Assembly (NCBI GenBank): GCA_031385045.1
Contig: JANNBC010000041.1
Span: 1 to 21,380, forward strand
DNA length: 21,380 bases
Source of the DNA: a bacterium
Lineage (GTDB): Bacteria; Bdellovibrionota_C; UBA2361; CALJRW01
Reading direction: 5' to 3'
Shown: piece by piece, positions 7,711 to 16,188 of the stretch
How the letters are laid out: each line of letters begins with the position of its first letter
How positions within the stretch are numbered: position 1 is the stretch's first letter
Translations under genes and position numbers: made by a program
Notes under the pieces: generated by a model
What the model was told of the DNA's origin: nothing
Database searches by the model: none
The model's input: the letters and a program-made list of their open reading frames with translations, nothing else

Positions 7711-10271
7711 TTATTATCCGCAACCAAAAGATCTTGTTATCATTCATTGTCCTGGTAGCAATTATCTTTTTTGGATACTTAGTTCACTTAGTTTTATATA
7801 AATATAACTACCAAGATATTATCAATGGCCTTCAGCATATTACCACAACTCACCTAATCTTTGCTGCCATTTTCTGTTTGCTTAATTACTTCGTCCTGAC
7901 CCTCTACGACACGCTTAGCATTAGTTACCTTGGACGATCTCTTCAGTACCATCGGATCGCCTTAGCATCATTTGTTAGCTATACATTCAGTCATAATATT
8001 GGCTTTGCCGCCTTAAGTGGTGGAGCAACTCGCTTACGCTTTTACTCTCGCTGGAATTTTACTCCGACAGAAGTTGCCCAACTACTACTTTTTAGTGCTC
8101 TTAATTTTTGGCTTGGATTACTAATCCTTGGAGCACTCACAGCATTTATTTCCCCTGATAGTTTTGGAGAGGCACTGCATCTTTCATCCAAGGAAGTAAT
8201 ACTCTTAGGGATATTACTAAGCTTACCTGTCCTCACATATCTAACCGCTCTATTGCGTTGGCAAGGAACGCGTAATATTTTTGGCAAAGAGTTTCGAATT
8301 CCATCCCGCAAATTAGCGATAAAGTCGATCCTCGTAGCGATCATTGATTGGCTACTAGCAGCTATTGTCCTTTACTCACTACTTCCCGATCAAAACCAAG
8401 TTTCTTTTTTGATGCTGCTAACAACTTTTATCGCAGCTCAGTTGGCAGGAGTTATTAGCAATATCCCAGGTGGACTGGGAGTATTTGAAACAGTTGTTGT
8501 CGTCTCCCTAGGTCACATTATCCCCAAACCAACACTGATAGCTGTGCTCTTAATCTTTAGGTGCGTTTATTATTTAGTTCCATTTATACTTGGACTCCTC
8601 TTATTCGCTCTTTATGAACTTAAAATCAACGCTTTGTTTTTAAAAGGACTAGCCAATCAATCAAAGAATTTAAACCCAATTCTTAGTGCTGTGTTTCCCT
8701 TAGCTCTTTCGATTGGAACATTTATTGGTGGTGTTGTTCTTCTTTGTTCTAGTGCTAGCCCGACTATTCCTGCGCGCTTAGAAGTTATTAGTTCTTTACT
8801 CCCACTCGGACTAATTGAAGCATCTCATTTTATTAATAGTCTGATCGGTATAGCCTTAATCTTCCTTTCTTGGAGCATCAAAAAACGACTCTCTGCCGGA
8901 AGAGGAATGGCCATACTACTAACTAGTACTGGGGTCATAGTTTCAATTTTAAAAGGTTATGATTTTGAAGAAGCTTTTTATTGTCTGCTATTGTTTACTG
9001 GCTTTGTCTTAAGTAAGAAATATTTCTACCGAAAATCCTCAATCTTCTCTTCACTTAATACTCAAACAGTATTAGCAGCCTTTGGGGTCTTAATCTGCTC
9101 CATCTGGTTAGGAATTTTTTCATATAAGCACATTGAATACACTCATGATCTTTGGTGGCAATTTACTCTAGAGAGTGAAGCGTCCAGATTCCTGCGAGCT
9201 TCAGTTGGTGCTTCAATTGCTATTTTGCTGCTACTATTAAGAATACTGTTTCGCCCCAAAGCGAATCCCTTTCGTACGCCAAGCCAAGAAAGCCTGTTCT
9301 CTGCCAATAAAATTATTCAAGCATCCTCTGTTACGGAAGGACACCTAGCACTTCTGGCTGATAAAGAATTGCTGTTTGATGCCCAAGAGAGTGCCTTTAT
9401 TATGTATCGCTCAACCCCTCGCTCCTTTATTGCGTTAAGCGATCCAGTTGGTAACAAAGAAGCTTTCTCTGAACTGATTTGGGATTTTCGAGAGCGCTGT
9501 GATTCCCATGATAGTATTTGTGCATTTTACGAAGTGTCTTCCGAATTCCTGCCCCACTACATTGACGTCGGCTTAAAACTTATTAAGCTGGGGGAAGAAG
9601 CTCAAGTCTCACTTGAAACTTTCTCTCTAAATGGCGCAAGTTCCAAGACATTCCGCCATACGCTTAATAAGTTTGAGAAGGAAGGATTTTCATTTGCAGT
9701 TATTTCAGCCAAAGAAGCTCAAGCAATCATGCCCCAACTCCAAGAAATTTCTAATGAATGGCTTGGCAAAAAAAATACTTCCGAAAAAGGCTTTTCTCTT
9801 GGATATTTCTCGACTGATTATCTTAGTTACTTTCCAATTGGAGTTGTATACAAAGATTCTTCGATCTTTGGCTTTGCTAATATTTTAGCAACGGCAAATA
9901 AAACAGAACTCTCCGTCGATCTGATGAGATATCGCAGCAGTGCGCCTAATGGCTTAATGGATTTTCTTTTTTTACAACTAATGCTTTGGGGACAAGACCA
10001 AGGATATCAAGAATTCAACCTAGGCATGGCTCCCTTGTTTGGACTAGAGCCACACAAATTTGCCTCAAAGTGGAGCAAGTTAGGTGGTTATATGTTTAGA
10101 CACGGAGAACACTTCTATAATTTTGAAGGATTAAGAAATTATAAAAATAAATTTTCTCCAAGATGGCAACCAAAATACTTAGCCCACTCTGCTGGCATCT
10201 TACTGCCCTTGGTTCTAGGCGACATAGTTACTTTAATCTCTGGTGGTGTTAGCAAGATCATTAAGAAATAG
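7707..10271 (+). CDS. mprF: Bifunctional aminoacyl-phosphatidylglycerol flippase/synthase
   Basis: Multi-TM N-terminus (IPGGLGVFE); cytoplasmic synthase domain with KLGEEA, EKGFSLG, SVDLMRY, FNLGMAPL, FYNFEGLRNYKNKFSPRWQPKYLA. Confidence 0.95.
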   Translation: MIIIRNQKILLSFIVLVAIIFFGYLVHLVLYKYNYQDIINGLQHITTTHLIFAAIFCLLNYFVLTLYDTLSISYLGRSLQYHRIALASFVSYTFSHNIGFAALSGGATRLRFYSRWNFTPTEVAQLLLFSALNFWLGLLILGALTAFISPDSFGEALHLSSKEVILLGILLSLPVLTYLTALLRWQGTRNIFGKEFRIPSRKLAIKSILVAIIDWLLAAIVLYSLLPDQNQVSFLMLLTTFIAAQLAGVISNIPGGLGVFETVVVVSLGHIIPKPTLIAVLLIFRCVYYLVPFILGLLLFALYELKINALFLKGLANQSKNLNPILSAVFPLALSIGTFIGGVVLLCSSASPTIPARLEVISSLLPLGLIEASHFINSLIGIALIFLSWSIKKRLSAGRGMAILLTSTGVIVSILKGYDFEEAFYCLLLFTGFVLSKKYFYRKSSIFSSLNTQTVLAAFGVLICSIWLGIFSYKHIEYTHDLWWQFTLESEASRFLRASVGASIAILLLLLRILFRPKANPFRTPSQESLFSANKIIQASSVTEGHLALLADKELLFDAQESAFIMYRSTPRSFIALSDPVGNKEAFSELIWDFRERCDSHDSICAFYEVSSEFLPHYIDVGLKLIKLGEEAQVSLETFSLNGASSKTFRHTLNKFEKEGFSFAVISAKEAQAIMPQLQEISNEWLGKKNTSEKGFSLGYFSTDYLSYFPIGVVYKDSSIFGFANILATANKTELSVDLMRYRSSAPNGLMDFLFLQLMLWGQDQGYQEFNLGMAPLFGLEPHKFASKWSKLGGYMFRHGEHFYNFEGLRNYKNKFSPRWQPKYLAHSAGILLPLVLGDIVTLISGGVSKIIKK

Positions 10272-10482
10272 GACGGCCATACATGAAAAGAAAATCCTCT
10301 TTATAAATATATTTTTGCTTAGCTCAACCGATCAAGTTGCCTATCATGCTTAAAAAAAGCGTAGTATCAAAAAATCCTGGCTAATGAATAAATGAGCTGC
10401 TCCATTCACGCAGGGCAGATCCAGAAGACTAAAGTTAAGTGTGACACACTTAGGCTTGCATTTAATATTTTTACAAGACTAA

Positions 10483-10505
10483 AAATCAATTAGAATTATT
10501 GATTT
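10483..10505. promoter_or_regulatory. Inverted repeat upstream of mntH, possible operator
   Basis: AAATCAAT-N7-ATTGATTT; AT-rich, so a chance match is not excluded. Confidence 0.3.
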
Positions 10506-10716
10506 GACCTACTCTCAGAATACATTACAGTTTAATTTCTGTTATTACCCGCCAAAATTTGTAGGATTGTTGATCGAATTATTTTTTAGTTTTAATAGCC
10601 ACATATTCCAATAAAAAGTAGTTTGTTTCTGAGCAAAGTTAGATATAATGCTGTTCCTTCCCTACATAAATGCTATAAACCTTTGGTATAGCTCCTAATT
10701 CATTTATTATGTTTTT

Positions 10717-12588
10717 ATGTCGAATCATCAGTCACTAGAAGAAGTACACGGAAGCATTGATACTACTCAGCCGCAATCTGACTTTAGCAGATTTTTTCTA
10801 TTTGCTGGGCCAGCATTCTTAGTCGCTGTCGGATATATGGATCCAGGTAATTGGGCTACTGACATTGCCGGCGGTAGCAAGTATGGCTATGCCCTGATCT
10901 GGGTATTATTAATGAGTAATTTAATTGCATTACTCTTACAAAGTTTAAGTGCTCGTTTAGGAATTGTTCGTGGAAGAGATCTGGCGCAAGCTAGTCGCGA
11001 AACCTATCCCAAGCTTGTGAATTATTCCTTATGGTTTTTGGCTGAAATTTCAATTGCTGCTTGTGACTTAGCTGAAGTTTTGGGAATGGCGATTGGCTTA
11101 AACTTACTATTTGGAATTCCAATTCTTTGGGGAGTATCTTTAGCAATTTTAGATACCTTCATTATTCTTTATCTCCAGCATAAAGGCATGCGCTACTTGG
11201 AAGCTTTTATTCTTTCCTTAGTCGCTATTATTGGTTGTTCATTTTTAATTGAAATGTTTTTTGCTAAGCCAGTTTTTGTAGATCTAATACAAGGCTTTAT
11301 ACCTAGCTTACCTGACAGTGGGGCACTCTACTTAGCAATTGGAATTATTGGCGCAACTGTCATGCCGCATAATCTCTATTTACATTCTTCTTTAGTACAG
11401 ACTCGTCGTAATAAGAAAGATAGTGCAGGTATTAAAGAGGCGATCAAATATAATTTCTTTGATTCTGCTATTGCTCTAAATTTAGCTTTTTTTGTGAATG
11501 CTGCCATTCTTGTTTTAGCAGCCGCAGTTTTTTTTAAAAATGGCTTGCATGATATTGTAGAAATACAAGATGCTCATGCCATGTTACAGCCACTACTCGG
11601 GCACACCTTAGCTCCAATCTTATTTGCAATTGCCTTAATTGCTGCCGGCCAATCTTCAACTATTACCGGAACTCTTGCCGGGCAGATAATCATGGAAGGT
11701 TATTTAGATCTAAGGATTTCACCTTGGTTACGTCGTTTGATTACTCGCTTAATTGCTGTCATTCCGGCATTTTTAGTTATTTGGATCTTAGGAGAAAGTA
11801 AGATTGGGGATCTTTTGATTTTCTCTCAAGTAATTCTAAGCTTGCAATTAGGCTTTGCAATTATTCCCCTAATTCACTTTGTCAGTGACTCGGAGAAGAT
11901 GGGAGAATTTGTAATTAGTAGAGTACTTAAAATCCTAGCCTGGATTTCAGCCGGAATCATTGTCTCATTAAACATCCAGTTAGTCCTTAATACAATCTTT
12001 GATTGGCAAACAACTTTTTCTGATAATTTATGGTTAATTAATTTATTAATATTTCCGATCTTAGCTTTTACTTTTAGCTTGCTAATTTATATTACTTACT
12101 TTGCTGTGATTGGAAAAAGTTCTAAGAAGTTGCCGATGATTCCTCATGGTAAAGCAATTGATTTACCTTTGATTAAACCTCACAACTATCGACGGATTGT
12201 TATTTGTATTGATTTTACTAAGAGTGATTTACCAGCAATTACTGCTGGTATTTCGCAAGGGACTTTAAGTACTGAATTTTACCTTTTACATGTAGTTGAA
12301 ACGGCTGGTGCCAAGACTTTTGGTCGTGAAATTTCTGATTATGAAACACATGTAGATTGGATTCAGCTACAGAATTATGCCTCAAAGCTTCGCCAGCAAG
12401 GCTACACCATAATTGAAAAATTAGGTTTTGGATATCCAAACAAAGAAATCCCCAAAATTGTTGCCGAGATTTCTCCCGACTTATTAGTCATTGGCAAACA
12501 TGGGCATAGTGGTCTTTGGGATTATGTTTTTGGAGAAACAATTGATGCCGTTCGCCACAAGGTGAAGTGTGCGGTTTTAATTGTTTAA
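10717..12588 (+). CDS. mntH: Nramp-family divalent metal (Mn2+) transporter with C-terminal USP domain
   Basis: AVGYMDPGNWATD and GATVMPHNLYLHS signatures; GQSSTITGTLAGQ; C-terminal USP-like domain (LLHVVE..DLLVIGKHGHSGLWDYVFGETIDAVRH..VLIV). Confidence 0.95.
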   Translation: MSNHQSLEEVHGSIDTTQPQSDFSRFFLFAGPAFLVAVGYMDPGNWATDIAGGSKYGYALIWVLLMSNLIALLLQSLSARLGIVRGRDLAQASRETYPKLVNYSLWFLAEISIAACDLAEVLGMAIGLNLLFGIPILWGVSLAILDTFIILYLQHKGMRYLEAFILSLVAIIGCSFLIEMFFAKPVFVDLIQGFIPSLPDSGALYLAIGIIGATVMPHNLYLHSSLVQTRRNKKDSAGIKEAIKYNFFDSAIALNLAFFVNAAILVLAAAVFFKNGLHDIVEIQDAHAMLQPLLGHTLAPILFAIALIAAGQSSTITGTLAGQIIMEGYLDLRISPWLRRLITRLIAVIPAFLVIWILGESKIGDLLIFSQVILSLQLGFAIIPLIHFVSDSEKMGEFVISRVLKILAWISAGIIVSLNIQLVLNTIFDWQTTFSDNLWLINLLIFPILAFTFSLLIYITYFAVIGKSSKKLPMIPHGKAIDLPLIKPHNYRRIVICIDFTKSDLPAITAGISQGTLSTEFYLLHVVETAGAKTFGREISDYETHVDWIQLQNYASKLRQQGYTIIEKLGFGYPNKEIPKIVAEISPDLLVIGKHGHSGLWDYVFGETIDAVRHKVKCAVLIV

Positions 12589-12938
12589 CATTAGCATGAG
12601 AGCCTACTCTTGATTAAAACACATCAGTAATTATACAATCAAGAAGATGATGGCAATTATTGTTTTGAACTTGGAGAATTTTACTCAGAAGAACAATTAA
12701 GTAATCAGTATAGAAAAGATAAGATAAGCGACTGGGTCAAGAGCGACTCGTGATGCTGTTACTTTGGATGTTAGATGCGCAACTAATAATTAATCTATAA
12801 TCCCATTGTAAAGGTTCAAATATTTACAACGAGAGTTACCTTTCCTTCTCTTAAGCTAATCTAGCCTGATTCTTACCGAACTATATCAAATAAATTTATA
12901 CTATCTAATTATAATCAGCCAAAATTAAGAGTTTAGTG

Positions 12939-13469
12939 TTACTTCAAGTCACCTTTAGAAGAAATTATTTCTTTAATTGAGAAAATTAATCTTGGCGAAT
13001 ATCCCTCATTATGTATCCAAACTATTTTCCCAGATGGATTTAAAAGTACTGCATAAACATTATTAGGGCGTTTATTACCAAGTTTTTTAATAATCTTTGG
13101 AGCATCTTTATAGACAGTTAAAACTAAATCCCAATCAGGTTTAGGGATCCCAACTTTCATTCCATTATTGATTGTTTCTTCTAAAATTGATGGAACTAAT
13201 CCGGCAATTGTAGGTAACTCATAGAATTTTAAACCTAGGTTGGCATCTAATAAACCATAGACCCAGCGGTCAACTTCAAATTGTGTTTTTTGCTCATAGG
13301 CAATTAATAATAGTGTCCATTCTCCGTTAAAGGAGTCTGGTACAGAATATATTTTACCAGACAATGAATTAGCAATCACTGAGGGGAATATTTCTCCAGT
13401 TTGAATTTCTTGTTTTTGAACAGAATAACAAGAACTCAGTAAGAATAAGAAAAAAAGTAATTTATGCAT
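12939..13469 (-). CDS. Lipoprotein, probable thioredoxin-like fold without CxxC
   Basis: Lipobox LSSC; FPSV..NSLSG..VPD..G and VLLNPSGKIVW..G are typical redoxin-fold segments; no Cys other than the lipobox Cys. Confidence 0.7.
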   Translation of the reverse strand: MHKLLFFLFLLSSCYSVQKQEIQTGEIFPSVIANSLSGKIYSVPDSFNGEWTLLLIAYEQKTQFEVDRWVYGLLDANLGLKFYELPTIAGLVPSILEETINNGMKVGIPKPDWDLVLTVYKDAPKIIKKLGNKRPNNVYAVLLNPSGKIVWIHNEGYSPRLIFSIKEIISSKGDLK

Positions 13470-13494
13470 AACTAAATTCTGTGTAAATATTATC

Positions 13495-13505
13495 GGGGGG
13501 GGGGG
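13495..13505. repeat. G11 homopolymer in a divergent promoter region
   Basis: 11 consecutive G in an AT-rich intergenic region, about 25 nt upstream of the ATG at 13469. Confidence 0.9.
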
Positions 13506-13580
13506 TAGTGAATTGCTTTAAGGTATATTAGAACCCAAATACTAAAACATTAAGCTTACCCTTTCATTTTAATCTAAAGG

Positions 13581-13596
13581 TATGACTTAGATCATA
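13581..13596 (+). promoter_or_regulatory. CRP/FNR-family-like binding site (class II position)
   Basis: TATGA-CTTAGA-TCATA; centre is 29.5 bp from -10-like TACAGT (13618-13623). Confidence 0.6.
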
Positions 13597-13690
13597 CAAG
13601 GTCTATCTCTAATCAAGTACAGTTCTTACATAATAAAACCTAATGCCATTTATTTCCGGGCTATTTTTAATCTGCATTGAATCCAAATTT

Positions 13691-15064
13691 ATGAAAAGTA
13701 TATTATTAACTCCTCTTCAAAGGAATAGAGCAAAATATTCTCTAATCCTTACTTTGCTTGTAGCATTCCAATTAATTTCATTTTTAGATGTTTACGCACA
13801 AACTTGTCCTCCCACTTCAGCTTTGGAAAGTGCCCGGAACTTTGCGGTACTTGGTGGATCTGCAGTTACTAATACTGGAAACTCTACAATCACAGGGGAT
13901 TTAGGAGTAAGCCCAAGTAATACGATCACTGGCTTGAGTAGCATTACACAAGTCGGCTCAGTACACCAAGCTGATGCTATTGCTGCAGAAGCTCAGGTTG
14001 ATGTTACTAACCTTTACAACACATTAACAGCCTTACCCTTCGATGTTGATCTAACTGGGATTGATCTAGGAGGTTTAGTTTTAACTCCAGGGGTTTATCG
14101 CTTTTCCTCTTCTGCACAATTAACTGGAACATTAACATTGGATACGCTGGGAGACCCGGAAGCATCTTTCGTTTTTCAAATTGGAACTACCCTGACCACC
14201 GCCAGCGGATCCTCTGTTAATGTCTTAGGTGGTCCCGATAATAATATCTTCTGGGCAATAGGAAGTTCGGCAACTTTTGGAACAACAACAGCATTTACTG
14301 GAAACGTTCTAGCATTTGCTAGTATCACTTTAAATACTGGAGCCAGTCTGCAATGTGGAAGTGTCTTTGCTCGAACTGGTGCCGTAACCCTAGATACTGC
14401 ATTGATTGAAATTTGTAATCAAAGTTGTCTTATTCCAACTTGTGGAGATTCCATCGTGCAAGCTGGTGAAGAATGTGATGATGGAAATCTAAATGATGCC
14501 GATGCCTGTAATAATGCTTGTATTATTCAAGTGGAAGACTGCACTGGTGACTTTACTGGCTCAGCAGTAGTTGATCATTGTGGAGTTTGTAATGGAGATG
14601 GCTATTCTTGTGAAACTTGCGTTGAAAGTAATAATGTCTCCGGGCAACTGATTCTTGATTCTTCAGCTCGAAAACTCAGACAGCTGGTAATTAAATCAAC
14701 TCAAGAAATTTTCAAACTAGGTGGGAAAACTAATAGCCTACTCGCTTTTGTTAGACCTCTACGACAAGAAGCAGCAGCACTGTCCATGCTTAACTGGCAA
14801 TTAACTTGGGCAATACCTTCGTTAACCCATGATTGTAATCCTAATGCATTTTGTACTGAAGTCAGTCACGCTGATTTAATAACAAGATATAAATTAAACT
14901 CTAGAGCATTAGCTCGTCTGGTAGCACAGTCTATTAATAAACTTCAGGATATAACTGGCAATCCAAATATTGGCATTAGATATATTCGTGCGGCAAAAAG
15001 GGAAGTAAGACTGGCTAATACAGTAGCTGAGCAAATGCCTACTAGCGAAACACAATGTAGTTAA
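13691..15064 (+). CDS. Secreted ice-binding-like protein (DUF3494) with Cys-rich repeats and an uncharacterised C-terminal domain
   Basis: FAVLGGSAVTNTG..ITGDLGVSP, LTPGVY.FSSSAQLTGTLTLD, FVFQIGTTLTTAS, NIFWAIGSSAT, GNVLA..SITL, ARTGAVTLD; then CGDSIVQAGEECDDGN and DHCGVCNGDGYSC. ATG 13691 preferred over 13643. Confidence 0.9.
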   Translation: MKSILLTPLQRNRAKYSLILTLLVAFQLISFLDVYAQTCPPTSALESARNFAVLGGSAVTNTGNSTITGDLGVSPSNTITGLSSITQVGSVHQADAIAAEAQVDVTNLYNTLTALPFDVDLTGIDLGGLVLTPGVYRFSSSAQLTGTLTLDTLGDPEASFVFQIGTTLTTASGSSVNVLGGPDNNIFWAIGSSATFGTTTAFTGNVLAFASITLNTGASLQCGSVFARTGAVTLDTALIEICNQSCLIPTCGDSIVQAGEECDDGNLNDADACNNACIIQVEDCTGDFTGSAVVDHCGVCNGDGYSCETCVESNNVSGQLILDSSARKLRQLVIKSTQEIFKLGGKTNSLLAFVRPLRQEAAALSMLNWQLTWAIPSLTHDCNPNAFCTEVSHADLITRYKLNSRALARLVAQSINKLQDITGNPNIGIRYIRAAKREVRLANTVAEQMPTSETQCS

Positions 15065-15129
15065 GAAGTGAGATGATAGTTCTTGAATCTTTAGCCTGAT
15101 ACTAAGTAAAATATTTACCTAAAACCTAA

Positions 15130-15184
15130 AAGTGATTATTAGTGCTAGGCTAGGATGAAAGTAAGTGACATTCGTGCTAGGCTA
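15130..15184. repeat. Imperfect direct repeat between convergent genes
   Basis: AAGTGATTATTAGTGCTAGGCTA and AAGTGACATTCGTGCTAGGCTA; identical GTGCTAGGCTA at 15142 and 15174. Confidence 0.6.
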
Positions 15185-15201
15185 CTTTTTTCAAGTTATT
15201 G

Positions 15202-15651
15202 CTAGTCTTCTGTGACCAATCTTCTTAGTAATGGAGAAAATTCTTTTTCCGGACTATACATATCACTCTTAACAATGTTTTCATCTGGCATTTGATTTAA
15301 ACCCTTTATCTCATCTCTCATTGAAGAAGTTCCAATAATTATACTCTGAGGTTGCTGGGTTCGGATAACTGGGATCAAGTTATATCCAATATCTGCTAAA
15401 TTATCTGAGAAAGCTCTCATGTCACGATCTTCAAGATCTCCCAAGTCAACTTTTGGCATTCTATGGTCAAGCAGAATTAGGTCGAATCTTTGATCCGAAG
15501 CAATTTCTTTTGCTGCATCAGCATAGTTAGTAACATACCTAACTTCTGGATCGAGATTCAAAGGTGGTAAGCTCTTAGAAAGTGCATACTGAATTGCGCC
15601 AATAGGACCTTTCTGATCTTCGATTACAAGAATTTTTTCAATTTTCTGCAT
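15202..15651 (-). CDS. Single-domain response regulator receiver protein
   Basis: KILVIED, FDLILLDHRMP (phospho-acceptor Asp), IIIGTS, candidate conserved Lys in IVKS; no output domain. Confidence 0.8.
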   Translation of the reverse strand: MQKIEKILVIEDQKGPIGAIQYALSKSLPPLNLDPEVRYVTNYADAAKEIASDQRFDLILLDHRMPKVDLGDLEDRDMRAFSDNLADIGYNLIPVIRTQQPQSIIIGTSSMRDEIKGLNQMPDENIVKSDMYSPEKEFSPLLRRLVTED

Positions 15652-15713
15652 ATCCTAAGATTCTAGCAGTTTTTAATTCTTAGGATAATACTGCTGTTCG
15701 CCTTTGTGCCAGG

Positions 15714-16004
15714 CTAGAATACAAAATCAACCAACGCACCAACAGCACGGAATGGTAATGCAATCACATCGCCTACAAAGCCGACAGTGCAACTTAGTAC
15801 GCCATCACATCCATCATCCTCTTCAACCTCATCCGAACTAGTAGTTCTAGTGACAGTTCTTTCCTGATCTCCAGTATTGGAATCAATGCTGACAGTCTCA
15901 GAAGATTGCGTAGTAGATCGTTCATGAGAGCTACAAGCAACAAGTGACATAAAACTTGCTAAACTAATTAGCAAAACAATTCTTCGGAAAATATTTAATT
16001 TCAT
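15714..16004 (-). CDS. Small lipoprotein, function unknown
   Basis: ATG 16004 (MKLNIFRR); lipobox LVAC; S/T/E-rich linker; hydrophobic C-terminal helix VGDVIALPFRAVGALVDFVF. Confidence 0.75.
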   Translation of the reverse strand: MKLNIFRRIVLLISLASFMSLVACSSHERSTTQSSETVSIDSNTGDQERTVTRTTSSDEVEEDDGCDGVLSCTVGFVGDVIALPFRAVGALVDFVF

Positions 16005-16061
16005 TTGAGGCAACTTTTATAAAATAATAAGTCATTATAGCCTTAAAAGTTCCATTAGGAG

Positions 16062-16077
16062 TATGATTTAAATCACA
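16062..16077 (-). promoter_or_regulatory. CRP/FNR-family-like binding site (class II position)
   Basis: Minus strand TGTGA-TTTAAA-TCATA; centre is 30.5 bp from a perfect TATAAT (16039-16034). Confidence 0.65.
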
Positions 16078-16188
16078 CTTGAGGACTTCCATATGGATTA
16101 TATTACTTTTTTTCTAGTGATACTTCTAAGTTGGTTAATACTATCTAATTAATTTTATTAAACAAACGTTGCTTGGCACTAGTTGAAC

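Noticed and set aside
129..12882. TTACCGAACT at 129 and 12873 as degenerate IS982 ends or sigma28 -10 boxes
   Set aside because: Only a partial match to the IR, no convincing -35 at the right spacing and no adjacent gene in the proper orientation.
3455..15100. TAGCCTGAT seen three times in intergenic DNA (about 3456, 12862 and 15092)
   Set aside because: Some 9-mer is expected to recur three times by chance in this much intergenic DNA, and the positions are inconsistent.
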